From: the human T2T-CHM13v2.0 reference genome, Homo sapiens
NCBI RefSeq assembly: GCF_009914755.1
Contig: NC_060925.1
Reading direction: 5' to 3' (one strand)
Length of the DNA stretch: 64,000 bases
Of the stretch, positions 27,210 through 42,446 are shown piece after piece. A program made the translations under genes and the position numbers. The stretch's first letter is position 1; each line of letters opens with the position of its first letter. Below the pieces are notes generated by a model. That model saw only the letters and a program-made list of their open reading frames with translations. It did no database searches and was not told the DNA's origin.

Positions 27210-27466
27210 TTGGTTGTTGTTGTTGTTGTTGATTATTTGTTTATTTGTTTAATAGTAATAGGGCTTGTTATGTTGCCCAGACTGGTCTGGAACTCCTGGC
27301 CTCAGGTGATCCATCCACTTCAGCCTCTTGAGTAGCTGGGACTACAGGTGCATACCACCACGCCCGGCTAATTTTCTATATATATATTTTTTGTAGAGAT
27401 AGGGTCTCACTGTGTTGTCTAGGCTAGTCTTGAACTCCTGGGCTCAGACGATCCTCCTGCCTCAGC
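27210..27466 (-). mobile_element. Atypical old Alu: truncated left arm plus FLAM-like second monomer, TSD TGGAAAGA
   Basis: TSD at 27202-27209 and 27467-27474. The second monomer ends in left-arm-type sequence. Confidence 0.8.
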
Positions 27467-28642
27467 TGGAAAGACGGTTTTTATTTTCAAACAGAATCTG
27501 TTACTATAATGCAGATGTCAGTTCCCTCGAAATTAATTTATAGATTTAAAGCAATCTCAATAAAAATAGCAAATTTTTATGAAGTTAGGAAAATTGATAC
27601 GAAAGCTACTATTGAAAAATAAATATTGCAAGAATAGCTGAAAAACACTGAAAAAGAAAAACTACAAGAGCCCTGCCAAATATTAAAATATGCTGTAACC
27701 CCCTTGTTAAAACAATGTGAAACTGGTACCTAAATGAATAGACATGTCAGGGAAATGGAATGGGAAGTACAGAAAGACACAGAAGTCACATGGATATTTG
27801 GTTTATGATGAAGGTGAGATCTCAAATTACTTGACAAAGATGGACTTTTAAATAAATGCTTCTGGGACTATTGCATAGACAATAGACATTGAGAAAAAAA
27901 CTAGTAAAATGAAAACTTTATATTCAGTTTACATAAGCATTAACTTATGCTTATGTGGATAAGGGATATGGATAAGGGATGTAATGTAAAATAATAAAAG
28001 CATGTAAGTACTATAAGAAAATGGGAATAAATTCCTGCATAACCTTGGTGTAGGCAAAGACTTTCTAACTATGCCTCAAAATTCAGATTCAGGAAAAACA
28101 ATGACTACATTTAACTATATACAAATAAAAAAGGGTTGTATGACAAATCAAAGTTAAATGACAAAATAAAATAATGTGTTAATAATATATATCTCAAGTA
28201 TTATAAAAGAAAGTGATTCCTAATTTATAAAGGACCCTTAAAAACTGAGAACAAAAAGACCTTATAGAAACCTGGCAGAAGACATGAACAGACAATTAAT
28301 GAAGAATATATTAAAATGGTTCTTAAATATAAAAAAGATATTTAATTTCACTTATGATAAAAAAATCAAAATTAAAATAATGTTTCTCTACTATCAAATT
28401 GGTAACAGTTTATAAACTCTGCTGGGATTATCCCTTCGTTGGCTACAGCCTGGAAATTCTCCCAATGCAGTAAACTGGGGGTAATTGTAGATGTCACTTC
28501 ATTTGTTTCACGTATCTCAGGGGTTACTGTTCTTTACCTTCCAATATTTAATGTTTTGAAAGCCATTTTTTCTTGTATTTTGTCTGTTAGTTTTAATAGG
28601 AAGTGTAAATCTAGCCCAGCTACTTCATTTTTTCTGATTTGA

Positions 28643-28959
<317 letters not shown>

Positions 28960-29150
28960 GAGCCACAGCCTATTCTTAACCTGTAGATATTTACAAGTCA
29001 GCAAATGTCCTGAGAGGAAAAATCAGCTTAAATATGTCAAGCTCACCTTTAACAAGAATTTTCTTCTTTCTAGGACCTTGGCACTTAATGTCCTAGCTGC
29101 CTTGGTTGCTTGCTGATGGTTTTAAACAGCTTTTTGTTTTATTTATCAGA

Positions 29151-29534
29151 TGACATGGTTTGGCTCTGTGTCCCCACGCAAATCTCATCTCAAATTGTAA
29201 TCCCCACATGTGAAAGGAAGGGCCTGGTGGGAGATGATTGAATCATGGGAGCAGACTTCCACCTTACTGTTCTGAAAGTGAGTGAGTTCTCAGAGGATCT
29301 GGTTGTTTGAAAGTGTGCGGCACTTCCGCCTTTGCTCTCGCTCTCTCTTCTGCTCCACCATGGTAAGATGTGCTTGCTTCCCCTTCATCTTTCATCATGA
29401 TTGTAAGTTTCCTGAGGCCTCCCAGTCATGCTTCCTGTTAAGCCTGCAGAACAGTGAGTGAATTAAACCTCTTTTCTTCATAAATTACCAGTCTCAGGTA
29501 GTTCCTTATGGCAGTGTGAGAATGGACTAATATA
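29151..29534 (+). mobile_element. THE1D/MSTA-like MaLR solo LTR
   Basis: tgacatggtttggctctgtgtcccc...gtgtgagaatggactaatata. Near-TSD tcaga/tctga. Confidence 0.9.
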
Positions 29535-31467
29535 TCTGATACTATAGTTCTTCTGAGCAGGATTGGTCTGATAGATGCGTTTTCATTATAGGCAGAGGCA
29601 AAAGACTCAACCAATATCTCTTTCTAATATGGCTCTTGCCTCATCCTTTCTAGTCTTTTCTTTCTAGAACTCTGATTAGATATATTGGATATTCTCATTT
29701 TTCCTCCATGTATCTTAATGTCTCTTTCATATATATCATCTTGCCCCCTTTCTGTGTTGAAATCTTTATTTTTCATGATCTATTATTTAATTTATGATTT
29801 CTATCTTTAGCTGGTTAACTTGTCTATTGTTTTGTAAATTTCAATTAACATAATTCGTTATTTCCAGGGTTTCTATTTAGTCCTTTTTCAAGTTTGTTTG
29901 GGTCATGTTTGATAGTCTCTTATTTCTTTTGTGATACTTTAGTTTCTTTTACCTCTTGAAACATATTCTATATATTGTATTTGATAATTCAGTTATTTTT
30001 AGATTTTGTGACTTTGATTCTTCAGTTTATTATATAATTTATTATTCAGTTTATGCAGAATCCTTTTCATAATTATTTATTTCCTTGGTGTTTTTGATTT
30101 TCATTCACCATTAGAAAATTTCCTGGGAATTTCACCTGTGGGAATTCCTTGACCTATTTATAAAGTGCATTATGTCATAGGGGATTTGCATTTCCTTTCA
30201 CTTGGTTGTAGCTGTATGACCAATGAGGGTGACTTTAAAATTATACTTTTAACCTTTTGAGGGAAGAGGCACCCCACAAGTTGTATGAGTTCAAGTTAAA
30301 AAATTCAATTATTGCTGGTTAGGAATTATAGGGGAGATTTTTCTCCTCTCTATCCAAAAACTAAAACTGAAGAGAAACTTTCCTGAATTTTTAACTGTGA
30401 TCTTTTATCTTATCATCTGATCATGTCTCTCTTCTGGGAATTTTTGTTTCATTGAGGGTTACTAGTCCAACCTTCTACATTGATTGGGCACCAACTTTTT
30501 TCTCTTGTTCCTGATAGTATGCGTGGCTGGCCAGTTAATACCCAGGCTCCTGAGTACTCAGGATATGATGTTCCAAACCCCCTGAAAGAACAAAGGCCAC
30601 AGAGCTCATCTATATTAATGCATTATGATCTTTTGATACTTTGGGCCTTAGTTTCCCTTTTACTGACAGCTCACACAATTATTAAAAATGTAATTTAAAT
30701 GTCAATAGTCATTGTTAAGAGTGTAACTTAAATTTGTGTACTAGAAGGGTTTCTATTGCATATCTAGTCTACTGTCTAGTCTCCAATATTACTGGAAACT
30801 GGTCTTTCCAATCTACAGTGTCATAGTGTAATCAGGTTATATACTTAACAGTAAATATTATAAGGTCTCACGTGTTTAAAACATTTGCTTCTTTGTAAAT
30901 GTCTTCAAGATGAAGGACATATTCCTTATCAAGGCACCTGATCTCCTTCATGATTTGATACTTACTTAGTATTCTTTGTTCTGTTGAAATACTTGCATTG
31001 TTTTCCCCATACAATGTATGTCTTGACTCAATGCCTTTACTTGGTTCACTCTCAGCCAGAGGTTTAGTTCAATTTTTGTTGACTTGCCTAACCAATACCC
31101 ATCCTCAGGCCTGAGGTGATGCTTTGAATAAAAATGCTTTTCTGGGGAAGCATTCTTTGATCTGCCACTCCCTTCCCTCATATGCATCATATTCCATCAG
31201 CCCTCTGACTCCATCTGGTCTGTAAGTTGTAGCGTTTGTCATACTGAAAACATTTTGAGGTCATAGACTTCCTTATTTATCTCTTCATCCATGGTGCCTA
31301 TTATGGCACTTTCCAATAACAAATCCAATAAATGTTGGATGAATGAATATCCTTGTTAAAAATGCTATTACATAATCCAGAAGCTTTAATTGTTGTTTCT
31401 TTTTTCACCATCAGTTTTTACAGAGAGCATGTAAATAAAACTTTATACTTTAGTGGTTTGAGGAGGT

Positions 31468-31542
31468 ATAATAGCCCCCTCTTATTGGCAGAGGATATGT
31501 TCCAAGACCTCCAGTGGATGCCTGAAACCACAGATAATACCA

Positions 31543-31637
<95 letters not shown>

Positions 31638-31926
31638 CACACACACATATATATATATATACACACACATATATATATATATACACTATGTTTTTTTTTC
31701 TATAGACACATGCCTATGTTAAAATTTGTTTATAAATTAGGTATAGTAAGAGATTGACAACGAGAATAATAGAATAGAATAATTATAGTGACATGCTGTA
31801 ATAAAAGCTTTGTGAATCTAGTCTCTCTCTCTCTCTCTCAAAATATCTTAATATGTTTGGACCATGGTTGGTCACAAGCAACTGAACCCACAGAAGCAAA
31901 ACAGAAGATAAGGGGAAATTACTGTA
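31468..31926. mobile_element. MER44-like (TcMar-Tigger) MITE containing an expanded microsatellite
   Basis: gttccaagacctccagtggatgcctgaaacc...tataaattaggtatagtaagagatt...gataaggggaaattactg-TA. Confidence 0.8.
31546..31686. repeat. Compound (TA)n(CA)n(TA)n(CA)n microsatellite, about 140 bp
   Basis: Direct inspection; long pure TA run at about 31546-31598. Confidence 0.95.
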
Positions 31927-32639
31927 TTTTCATAAAATGCTTTCACACACATCATCTCATATGTTAAAGATGACATAGCCTGAATTTTAAAGGTTTATTA
32001 GGATTCCAAGTCCAGGTTTAGCTCTGCACTACACCTGTCAGCCCATGAAAATTGTGTAACCCTTAGCTTTATTAATGCCAATGTGTTAACAATAGTGTAA
32101 TGCTGCTGTTTGCTAATATGATGAATATTTCTAAACTTTTTCAATTTTCTTCATTGAACCTTTTATTTTGTAATTGCAAAAAGTTTTGGCCTAGTCAAAA
32201 TGAAATTTCATAGTTTTCTGTGGTGCAGTTTAAATGCTGACAAAATCAATTTGATATTAATATTTTTCTCTTTGAGGATGGTCATTTTCCCAGGGCTCTG
32301 AAGAAATCAAGAGATTTGATTATCAAAGCTTTTCTCTTGATATTTATGGAGCAAAGTTCAAAATTTAGAAAAGAAATGTCAGATTAAAAGACTGAGGATA
32401 TAAGGACATTTTATTAGGTAAAGATGCACATTTTGAATATTATTTAAATATACAGCACCTAAATGGAGTGGGGTGTTTGATCTCCTTGAGAACTAGCTAT
32501 GGTAGTGAACAAGGGGATTCATGAAATTCAGATAGGAAATATGCAATAAACATGGATATCAAAGCCTACTCAAGCTTATCTCGGGAAAAATGTAGCAGAG
32601 GTCTTTAAGGTCATGACTGAGCTCAGAGTGGCTAATTAA

Positions 32640-34055
32640 AAAAAAATTGAAGTGAAATTCACATAACATACAATTACCCCTTTTAAAGCCTGCAATTCAG
32701 TGGCATTTAGTACACACATTCAGTTTTGTGAAACCACTACCTCTCTCCAGTTTCAAAAGTTTTCCATCACCTCAGAATACCCTTACCCTCTACTCAATAA
32801 CAATCACTCTTTATTTTCTCCTACTCTCATCCCCCGGAACCTACTAATTCTGTTCTAGCTGTAAGGAATTGCCTATTCTTGTCAGTTCCCATAAAAAAGA
32901 ATAATAAAATATGTGATCTTTTATGTCTGGCTTCTTTTATTTAGGATAATATTTCAAGGTTCATGCAAGTTGTAGCATATATCGGTACTGAATTCCTTTT
33001 GATGATTGAATAATATTACATTGTGTTTATATACCATAGTTGGCTTATCCACTCTTCTGTTGATGAACATTTGTTTTTTTTCTACCTTTTGACTATTGCA
33101 AATAGAGCTGCTATGAAGAATCAGAAATAAGTACTTATTAGAGTACCCAGTTTTGATTCTTTGAGGTATATACCTGGGACTGGAACTGCTCGGTCATATT
33201 GAAATTCTCTGTTTAACCTTTTAAAGAACCATCAAATTATTTTCCACAGTGGCTGTGCTATTTAACATTCCCATGAGAAATGTATGTAGATTCTTATTTT
33301 TCCATATCCTCAGCAACACATGTTATTTTTCTATTTTTTTTGTTACAGCCATCCTAGTGAGTGTGAAATAACATGTCATTGTGATTTTGATTTGCATTTT
33401 CTTAATGACCAATGATGTTGAACATCTTTTCATATGCTTGTTAGCCATTTATATATCTTCTTTAGAGATATGTCTATTCAAGTAATTCGCCCTTTATTTG
33501 ATCGGGATGTTGGCTTTATTGTTGATGAGTTTAAGTTTGCTTTCTATATTCTAGATAGTAAACCTTATCAGATATATGATTTGCAAATATTTTCTCCAAT
33601 TCTATAGATTGTCTTTTCACTTTCTGGATAATGTCCTCTGATACACATGTTTTTATTTTTAGGAATAACATTTATTTTTTCTTTTGTTGCTAGTGCTTTT
33701 AGTGTCAAATCTCAGAATTTATTGCCAAGTCCAAACTTGTGAAGATTTGCCCTTATGTTTTCTTGTAATAGGTTTATAATTTTAACTCTTAATTTTAGGT
33801 CTGTGATTTATTTTGAATTAATTTTTTTTTACATGGCATGAAGTAGGAGCCTAGGTTCATTCATTATTTTATACATTGTTTTCCAATTGTACCAGTACAA
33901 TTTGTTGAAGATACTATGCTTTTTCTATGAAATGGAGTTGGCACCCTTGTTAAAAATGAGTTGGCCATAAATGTATGAGGTGGGGGTTATTTGGTTCTCA
34001 GTTCTACTTCATAGGTTTTTAAGTTTATCCCTATGTCAAGACTATATTGTATAGA
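32640..34055 (-). mobile_element. L1MB-like 3' portion
   Basis: attgaagtgaaattcacataacatacaatt...caattcagtggcatttagtac; typical antisense ORF2/3'UTR sequence. Confidence 0.8.
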
Positions 34056-34254
34056 TGATGCTTTGTTTCCATTTGGGGTATCTGAATGATTATCTTCTCA
34101 AAGAAAAATAACTTTGCCCTTCCTTCTACTATCAAATGACAGAAAAGGGGTGTAACAGCATATCCTTGCCATTCCTAATTCTAATACCAGCCAATTACCT
34201 ATGACAAGAAATGGAAAAAGATGGTGATCACATCCATAAAATCAAATTGGAGTA

Positions 34255-34500
34255 TTATGATATAGTAGAAAAGAAGCGGACTTTGGAATTCAACCTGTCC
34301 AGGCTGGAGTCCCAGTTATAGCTAAAATATATTGGGCTTATACTTTTAACCTTTCTGAACCTTAATCTATACTTCTGTTAAATGTGGATGAAAATACCAA
34401 TCCTATAGTATTTTTGTAATGAGGAGGCATGACATATGTAAATTTCCCCCAGTTCAGTGCCAGACACAATTTGTTATAGAATAAAAAGTTATCAATAATA
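34255..34500 (+). mobile_element. MIR SINE followed by poly-T (34504-34531)
   Basis: atagtagaaaagaagcggactttggaatt...aacctttctgaacctt...aaatgtggatgaaaatacc. Confidence 0.65.
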
Positions 34501-34503
34501 GTC

Positions 34504-34534
<31 letters not shown>

Positions 34535-35069
34535 GAGAGAACCATATGTAGAGAACTATCTTAAACTTTGAAAAACGGTCTTCTGCAGACTTTAGAAAAG
34601 CATTCTATCTTCCCATTTCAAAGTATGCTTCCTAGGAAAATGGCATCTTACTTATTAACCATTATATCTGGCTTTGGAAGTCAGGAGTTAGTGTCTTTTC
34701 ATTCAGATGCCAGGAGTATGTGCGTGTGTGTGTGTGAGTGTGTGTATCTCTATGAATATATATCCACTCTGTTTGCTTTTGTTTTATATGCTGAGTCTGT
34801 AATCCTTACTGTCAGGCACCTTTATTAATATGCGGTGTAAATGCGTCTGAGATCTGTGAAAGAATCCACAAAAAATAAACACAGGTAATGCTATTGCCGG
34901 CAATTGAATGAATGAGGGTCTTCTGACTACCATCCCCTGAGTGTACAGTTCTCAGATTTATAACGAAGCCACTTTTTAATATAATTGAATTGTAGATAAG
35001 AGAACTTAGAGCCAATTTTATTTCTTTGCAAGAAAATACTTGATTTACATCACACCTCTGGCACTGGAA

Positions 35070-35310
35070 TCTGATCTCTGCAGAAAGCTAGAGATTTGTA
35101 CACAGTTATACCTGGGTTCAAGTCCACATGCCACCACTGACTAGCTGCATAATCTGGAGTTACTTCACTTCTTGAAACCTTGGTGTTTCATAGGTTAAAG
35201 AGAAAGAATACCTCATAGGGCTCTTTGTGAGAATAAAATGCAATTGTTGAAGTGAAACTGCTTTTTGAACCATAAAGCACCACACACATGTGAGCTCTCA
35301 TTATCATTAA
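35070..35310 (+). mobile_element. MIR SINE
   Basis: cctgggttcaagtcc...ccactgactagctg...tacctcatagggctctttgtgagaataaaatg. Confidence 0.7.
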
Positions 35311-35841
35311 TATTTATCACCATTTACGAAATTGTGGAATCTTAAATTAGGAAGATACCTTACAAGCTACTTTGCCAATTAACCAGTTAAGGATTTGCTT
35401 CACTAAAAAGTTTGCCCTATTGCTTTGTTGATCTTGCAATGGATCCTTAGATGTGGTACTATTGTAGTGTAAAGTGACATATCCAGTTAAAAATATGACT
35501 CACTCAAAACAGGCGACACTCTTCTCAGTGGTCTAAGGTAGTAATGTTTTCCATGTTCACAGGCAGTTCAAATGCCTTTGGTGAATCCAAAAAGGAACTT
35601 CTGCTTTAGATTGCTTCTTCAACAGTCCAGGGCCATGCCGTCTCTGAGTGTGCAGATAATGCTGGTTGATGCTAATGGTAACTTGGCCAATTTCTTCTTC
35701 CCTAGGTTTCTATTCTCATCCTTAGCCGAGAGAGACTTACACAATTTTGAACATAGGGAATATAGCGGCAGGGCATCTTCAAAACAGAACCTTAAATACT
35801 GTAATAATAACTTTAAAGAACGTATTAGGCTAGTTACTCCG

Positions 35842-36524
<683 letters not shown>

Positions 36525-37004
36525 CTCTATCACCGTGGTCTGATTTTAGATATTTTGCTCAACTTTAATTTATACAATATCTGAGGTCAATGGGAAGATG
36601 CTGTTTGTAAATCTAATTTATTCATTTTATTCTTCCATCTCCAGAAACATTCTCATCTTCACTGAAGTAGTAGTATATTTTTCACAAGCATAATTAAGAA
36701 CTATGTCAGAAAGTGTGCAATTTCAGGATTGCAAGACAAATCGCATTTGTTTTCTCAAATCCTTGATAATAAAACAATGAAAATATGAAATAATGACATA
36801 TAATGACTAGAATACGTAATATTTTATGATGCTTTTCTATGTTGTACAGTTGTGTGCTTGCACACAGCATTCACTCTCCATTCTTCTGGTAATGCCACCA
36901 TAATGTTTTTTGGAGAATTATCCTTTCTTCACTCCTAGTCCATATAATTTGGGGGTGTTGGCACCACTCCATTTACTACTTCAACAGTAACTTATTTATT
37001 TTTA

Positions 37005-37790
37005 ATATACTTTTTATTTTGAGATAATTATAAATTTACAACCAGTTATAAGAAATCATACTGAGAGATCACATAAATGCTTTATCCAATTTCCTCCAGT
37101 AATAAAATTTTGCAAAACCATAGTATAATATAACGATCAGAATACTGTGCTCGGTACCCTCAAGATACAGGACATTCCCATCACAACAAAAATCCCTTTT
37201 ATAGCCACACCCACTTCTTTCCTGCCCTCATGTCCTCCTTAACTCTATTAACCACTAATATGCTCTCCACTTCTCTAATTTTGTCATTTCAATAAAACTA
37301 TATAAGTGAGATCATACAGTATCTAAACTTTTGAGACCTTTTTCACTCAGCATAATTCTCGGAGATTCATTCAAATTGTTGTGTGTATTAATAGCTTGTT
37401 TCTTCTTGTTTCTGTGTAGTATTCCATAGCACAGGTGTACTGCATTTTGTTTAACTGTTCACCTACAGAAGGACATCTGGGTTGTTTCCAGTTTTTGGCT
37501 ATTACAAATAAAGCTGATAAAAACATTTCTGTACAGTATTTTTGTGTGTGTGAACATACATTTTTATTTCTCTGGAAGTACAATTGTTGGTTTGTATACT
37601 AGTTACATGTTTAGTTTTGAAAGAAATAGCCAAACTATTTTCTGGAGTGGCTGTACCATTTTATATTATAACCAGTAGTGTATGAATGGTCTAGTTTCTC
37701 AGCATCCTCCTAATATATGATGTGGGTACTATTTTTTATTTTAGTCATTCTGATGGGATTGTAGTGATACCTCCTATTGGTTTTACTTTT
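37005..37790 (-). mobile_element. L1MC/MD-like 3' end
   Basis: ttttgagataattataaatttaca...gaaggacatctgggttgtttccagtttttggctattacaaataaagctg. Confidence 0.75.
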
Positions 37791-37819
37791 TTAACTTTAT
37801 TATTTACTATAATTTGTTT

Positions 37820-38112
37820 ATTATTATTATTTTTGAGACAGGGTGTCATTGCCACCCAGGCTGGAGTGCAGTGGCGCCATCTCGGCTCACTGCAACCTCC
37901 GCCTCCTAGGTTGAAGCGATTCTCCCACCTTGGCCACTCGAGTAGCTGGAACTACAGGTTCATGCCACCATGACTGGCTAATTTTTGTATTTTTAGTAGA
38001 GACAGGGTTTCACCACATTGGCCAGGCTGGTCTTGAAGTCCTGACCTTGTGATCCACCTGCCTCAGCATCTCAAAGTGCTGGGATTACAGGCCTGAGCCA
38101 CTGCACCTGACC
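37820..38112 (-). mobile_element. Full-length AluS
   Basis: Dimeric Alu with (TTA)n tail. Confidence 0.93.
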
Positions 38113-39649
38113 CAATTATCTCTTTCAAATATTTCTTTGTACGTGCTAGAAATAAGAAGTCCAATTCACTGTGATGGGAAATGTCAGAGAGGTTGTGTGT
38201 ATTGGAGGAGCAACAGGAGGGATCTAGGAAATTTCTGTATCTTATGCTTAATTTTACTGTGAACTTAAACCTGTCTAAAAATAAAATCTAGTCTTAAAAA
38301 AAGAATGTGTATTTGCTGTTGTTAATGAAGTGTTGTATAAATATCAATTAGATCAAGTGACAGGAGTGACAACTTCAAAACTCTTTGTATGTTTCAGCTG
38401 AAATTGACTAGTTTTAAAAAAGTTCATGGTATTTTTCTACTGTACACCTATTTTAAGGTGTAGCTATTCAGGGGTATCAACTGAAAGTCTGAGGTGTTTA
38501 CTGGGTTTCTTCACCATAGTAGATTTTGAACTCCAACATCTGTCTTCCCAGTTTTATAAGACTTCTGAAAGATTACCTTAATTTCTTGGCCTATTAACTT
38601 CTACTTGTGAATTGGCAAATAACTTGAAAAAAATGATGTCAAATATAGGTCTTACCTCTTTGTCTTTCTCTTCTCTATGGGATCTTGGCCACTGAAGATG
38701 CTTAGAAAACTCTCTGGGGTGTGTGCGTATGTGTGAAAATATTAAATTTTCAATCAATATTTTTCCAGTCCTCATAGTTTTCCTTGGTAGTTGAATTGGT
38801 CTGATACAAGATTATCTGCCATAGCCGGAACTGCAAACTTTTAACAGTTATATACTGAGCACTTCTTAACTGTCAGGTATGATTCTAGAATCTCTGTGCT
38901 AGCCCTAATAGAGCGTACATTCAAATGACTCAGTCAGCCTAAGGAAGGAATATCAGTGAAGCTCAGCCAATCCAAATAATGTCTAATTGGTAACTGGTTA
39001 TTTCAGCAATAGGCTTATGCAAAATGCCAAGCCAATTAGACCTGTGGAGACTCAGTTACAAAGATTTGTAAGGATTGTTTGAAAGGATTGTTGTTAAGAA
39101 GAATTTTTTTTTTCTATAGGACTTAGTTTTGAGAGAATGTAAGCCTGAAGATGCTTGGAAGCAAGAGAGATGAGAGACAATTTTTTTGTTTCTTTCAATA
39201 GGCAAGACATGGAATCAGCATAGAAAAAAGCAGGACTGAATGAAGAGTCACCATTTTGATTAGATTGTTTAAATTTCCAGCATTAATTCTGTATGTATCA
39301 GCTGTGTGAATTATACTGGTTTTGCTTAAGCTCCTCTGATTTGGGTTGTAATTTAAAACCTCATTAATACACATTGTAAATTAGCAAAATCAGTGAACAA
39401 TTTTTGGTACTTATTTTGCTTGAATTTTCTTTGCATTTGGATTTGTTTGACCTCTTTTTCGTGAATATTTCTTTTCTTTTGGCTTTTATGATACCTCTAC
39501 CTATTGGTAATTCTTCTAAAGTTCACATTAGCTTAACTCAGACTTCTCAGGTTTTTTTTTTCTCTCTCTTTCTTCCTTTAACACTGGCATTTCTCATGAT
39601 TAGATCCTTAGTCTTTGGTCTCATCATACTTAAATGAACATTTTTACAT

Positions 39650-41220
39650 GTCTTAACTAAATATCAACCAGAATTTATCCATCTTGACTCACTGATTCTA
39701 CCTCTTAAGCATCTTTTATGCACATCCCCTGATTACAGTTAACCCTGCTCCTCTGTATTAATTCAGGCTTTCATAAAGTCTCACTTGCACTATTAGCATT
39801 TACCTCTTATCTTTCTCATTCCAGTCTCATCATTTTATTATATGATCACCAGAGTGGCAGAGCTTTATTGAAAAACTGACCATGTCATTTCCTTACACCA
39901 TGCATAAGGAAAGTCAACAGTGCCCAGGATATGGGCATAACTGATTTTTTTGTCTTCATCTGTTGACCTTCCTTTACACCCTTTGCTGTTGTCAGAAAAG
40001 CTTGCCTGGAGTTCCCTGAAAAAATTAAGCTTTCTTATGGGTTGGTTTCATTGCATCTGCTTTCCCCTTTAAAATGTATTTTTCTGTGTGTCAGTCGGCT
40101 GAACTTATGATTGTACCTTAAGTCATAACTCAAATGTTTACCTCCTCTTGGAAACATTTATCCAACCCTCTTAGACAGATTCTGGTAGTTCTCTGTACTT
40201 ACATTGTCAGTCTAGTACTACTCAATTCCAAAATTTATCACATTACATTATCATTGACTATAGCTCTGCCTCTTTTCTAAATTCTAAATAATGAAAGAAA
40301 GAATAAATTTTAATTAATCTTTGAATATCCAGAATATAGAATGGACAGTAGGCACTTAGTAATCTAAGTGAATGCAATAATAAGGCAAGCATTATGTTTT
40401 TTATGATAATTAGGCAATGAATATAGTTTCATTTACCTTCTTCACCTGCAACTTTACTTATGAACTGCTATTGTTTGCTAGTTTTTTTCTGAAAATGTCT
40501 TCAGTAAACATAAAGGTAGTATAAAACAGGATGAATTATACGTCTACTTCAATCACATAAAACTAACAGCAAGCCGAAGCATATAAAAGGGGATATATTA
40601 CATTCTTTTTTTCGCAGATTCATAAATTAAAGTGAAGGGAGTTAGGAAACTTGCCTAGGAATATGGTGCCAGTAAGTTTTGTAGATAGACAAGGACTTAA
40701 GGCTTTTTAATTCTAAAACATTTACTTTTCCCACTACAACACAATTGGTTGTTTAGGACCAAGGGAACAAATGTTTGACATTTTGGAAGGATAAGCATGA
40801 TGATGAGCCCAAGGTTTGTCAGGTGACTGATTTTCACCACCATTGCTAAATACCAAGGAAAATCACTACACATTTCCCCATCTGCTTCAAATCCTTCAAT
40901 TGTCTTCTGACTGGGGTGACCTTCCGAAGCTTAACTGATACCTAAATCCTTGACACTTTTATTATCTCTTTTTCCCTACTGCAGTTATTATATTTTAACA
41001 TATCAAATAATCAATTTAATTATGATTTATATTATTATTTTATGTTTCCATTCACTTGAATTTAAATCCCATAAGATTAAAAACTTTTTTCTATTTTGTT
41101 TACTAATGAATATACAGAATCAGTAAAAGAGCCAGGTACATATTAAGTGGCCAAGACATAGAGATAAACACATATAAAGTGAATTAAGAACAAATGAACA
41201 AATAAATGAATAAAAATACA
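39650..41220 (+). mobile_element. L2 fragments (about 39650-40380 and 40860-41220)
   Basis: Decayed L2 3'-region motifs ending in aatgaacaaataaatgaa-like tails. Confidence 0.5.
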
Positions 41221-42082
41221 TGCAGGGCCAAGAGTGAATGAAGATTGACAGGATGTATCTACAATTTTTCTTAGAAAAACTCAGTTAATGTTAGCCTTTG
41301 AGAAACTTGGATAGTCAGAGCGGTTTCACAATAATGCTTGCCAAATACAAGTAGGTTCTTACAAATTTAGATTCTTTTGAACAAACGCAATGTAAACAAA
41401 ACAATTACCTCATCCCTACCGATTATTACCAATCGAGGAAAGAAAAAGAGCCAAAACAAAACTCCCAATTGAGTTAAATGGTAGTGCATTGTTAAGATTG
41501 ACAGTATTTTTACACATGATCTTGATCCTTTCTTCAGTTTCTTCCCCAAAAAAGAGAGAAAATATGGAAGGCTGGGCCATGGCTTAATTTTTCTTTCTGA
41601 TGCAAACATTTAGGACAATTAACATAGGTGGTATTTGAGTTGTTTGATTAAATATTGCTCAGGTGAGGACTCAAAGTAGTTTGCCATAGGGTAATTGACT
41701 GTCAGACAAAGAAAGTAAAAAAATTAACAATGACAAAAGACAAAGTTGATTTTATTCCTGTTGGGGTATTTTTTTTTAACATTTGGAAGAAACATAAAAA
41801 AAATGAGTGGGGTAAATCACAATATTTTTTCTAGAAATTTAATCTATCTGGAATTGATTTTTGTGTATGGTGTGAGTTAGGCTCCAACATTATTTCTTCC
41901 TGATGTGACTAACACATATATATGAGTATGTATGTGTGCATATATATGGGTATGTGTGTGTACATGTGTATGTATATGTACATGTATAGTAACACATATT
42001 TATGGGTATATATGTGTGCATATATATGGGCATGTGTATGTACATATGTATGTATATGTGTGTGTGTACACACATACCTATA

Positions 42083-42446
42083 TGTATTAGTCTGTTTTCA
42101 CACTGTTGATAAAGACATACCCAAGATTGGGTAATTTATAAAGAAAAAAGAGGTTTAATGGACTCACAATTCCATTGGCTTGATAGGCCCCATAATCATG
42201 GCAGAAGGCGAAAGACACGTCTTTCATGGTGGCAGGCAAGAGAGAGAATGAGAACCAACTGAAAGGGATTACTCCTTATAAAACCATCAGATCTTTTGAG
42301 ACTTATTTACTACCATGAGAACAGCATGGGGGAACTGCCCCCCATGATTCAATTATCTCCCACAGAGTCCCTCCCACAACACGTGGGAATTATGGGAGCT
42401 ACAATTCAAGATGAGATTTGGGTGGGGACACAGCCAAACCATATCA
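42083..42446 (-). mobile_element. THE1B-like solo LTR inserted in a TA/TG-rich tract
   Basis: tgtattagtctgttttcacactgttgataaagacatac...gagatttgggtggggacacagccaaaccatatca. Confidence 0.92.

Noticed and set aside
31353-31757. 134-aa ORF and overlapping antisense ORFs
   Set aside because: They are open only because of stop-free dinucleotide repeats (YI/TH/CV runs). The same applies to 9365-9635 and 41890-42134.
35563-35677. Possible plus-strand exon (ttttccatgttcacag|...atg|gtaact)
   Set aside because: The donor is weak and there is no other support; such pairs are common by chance.
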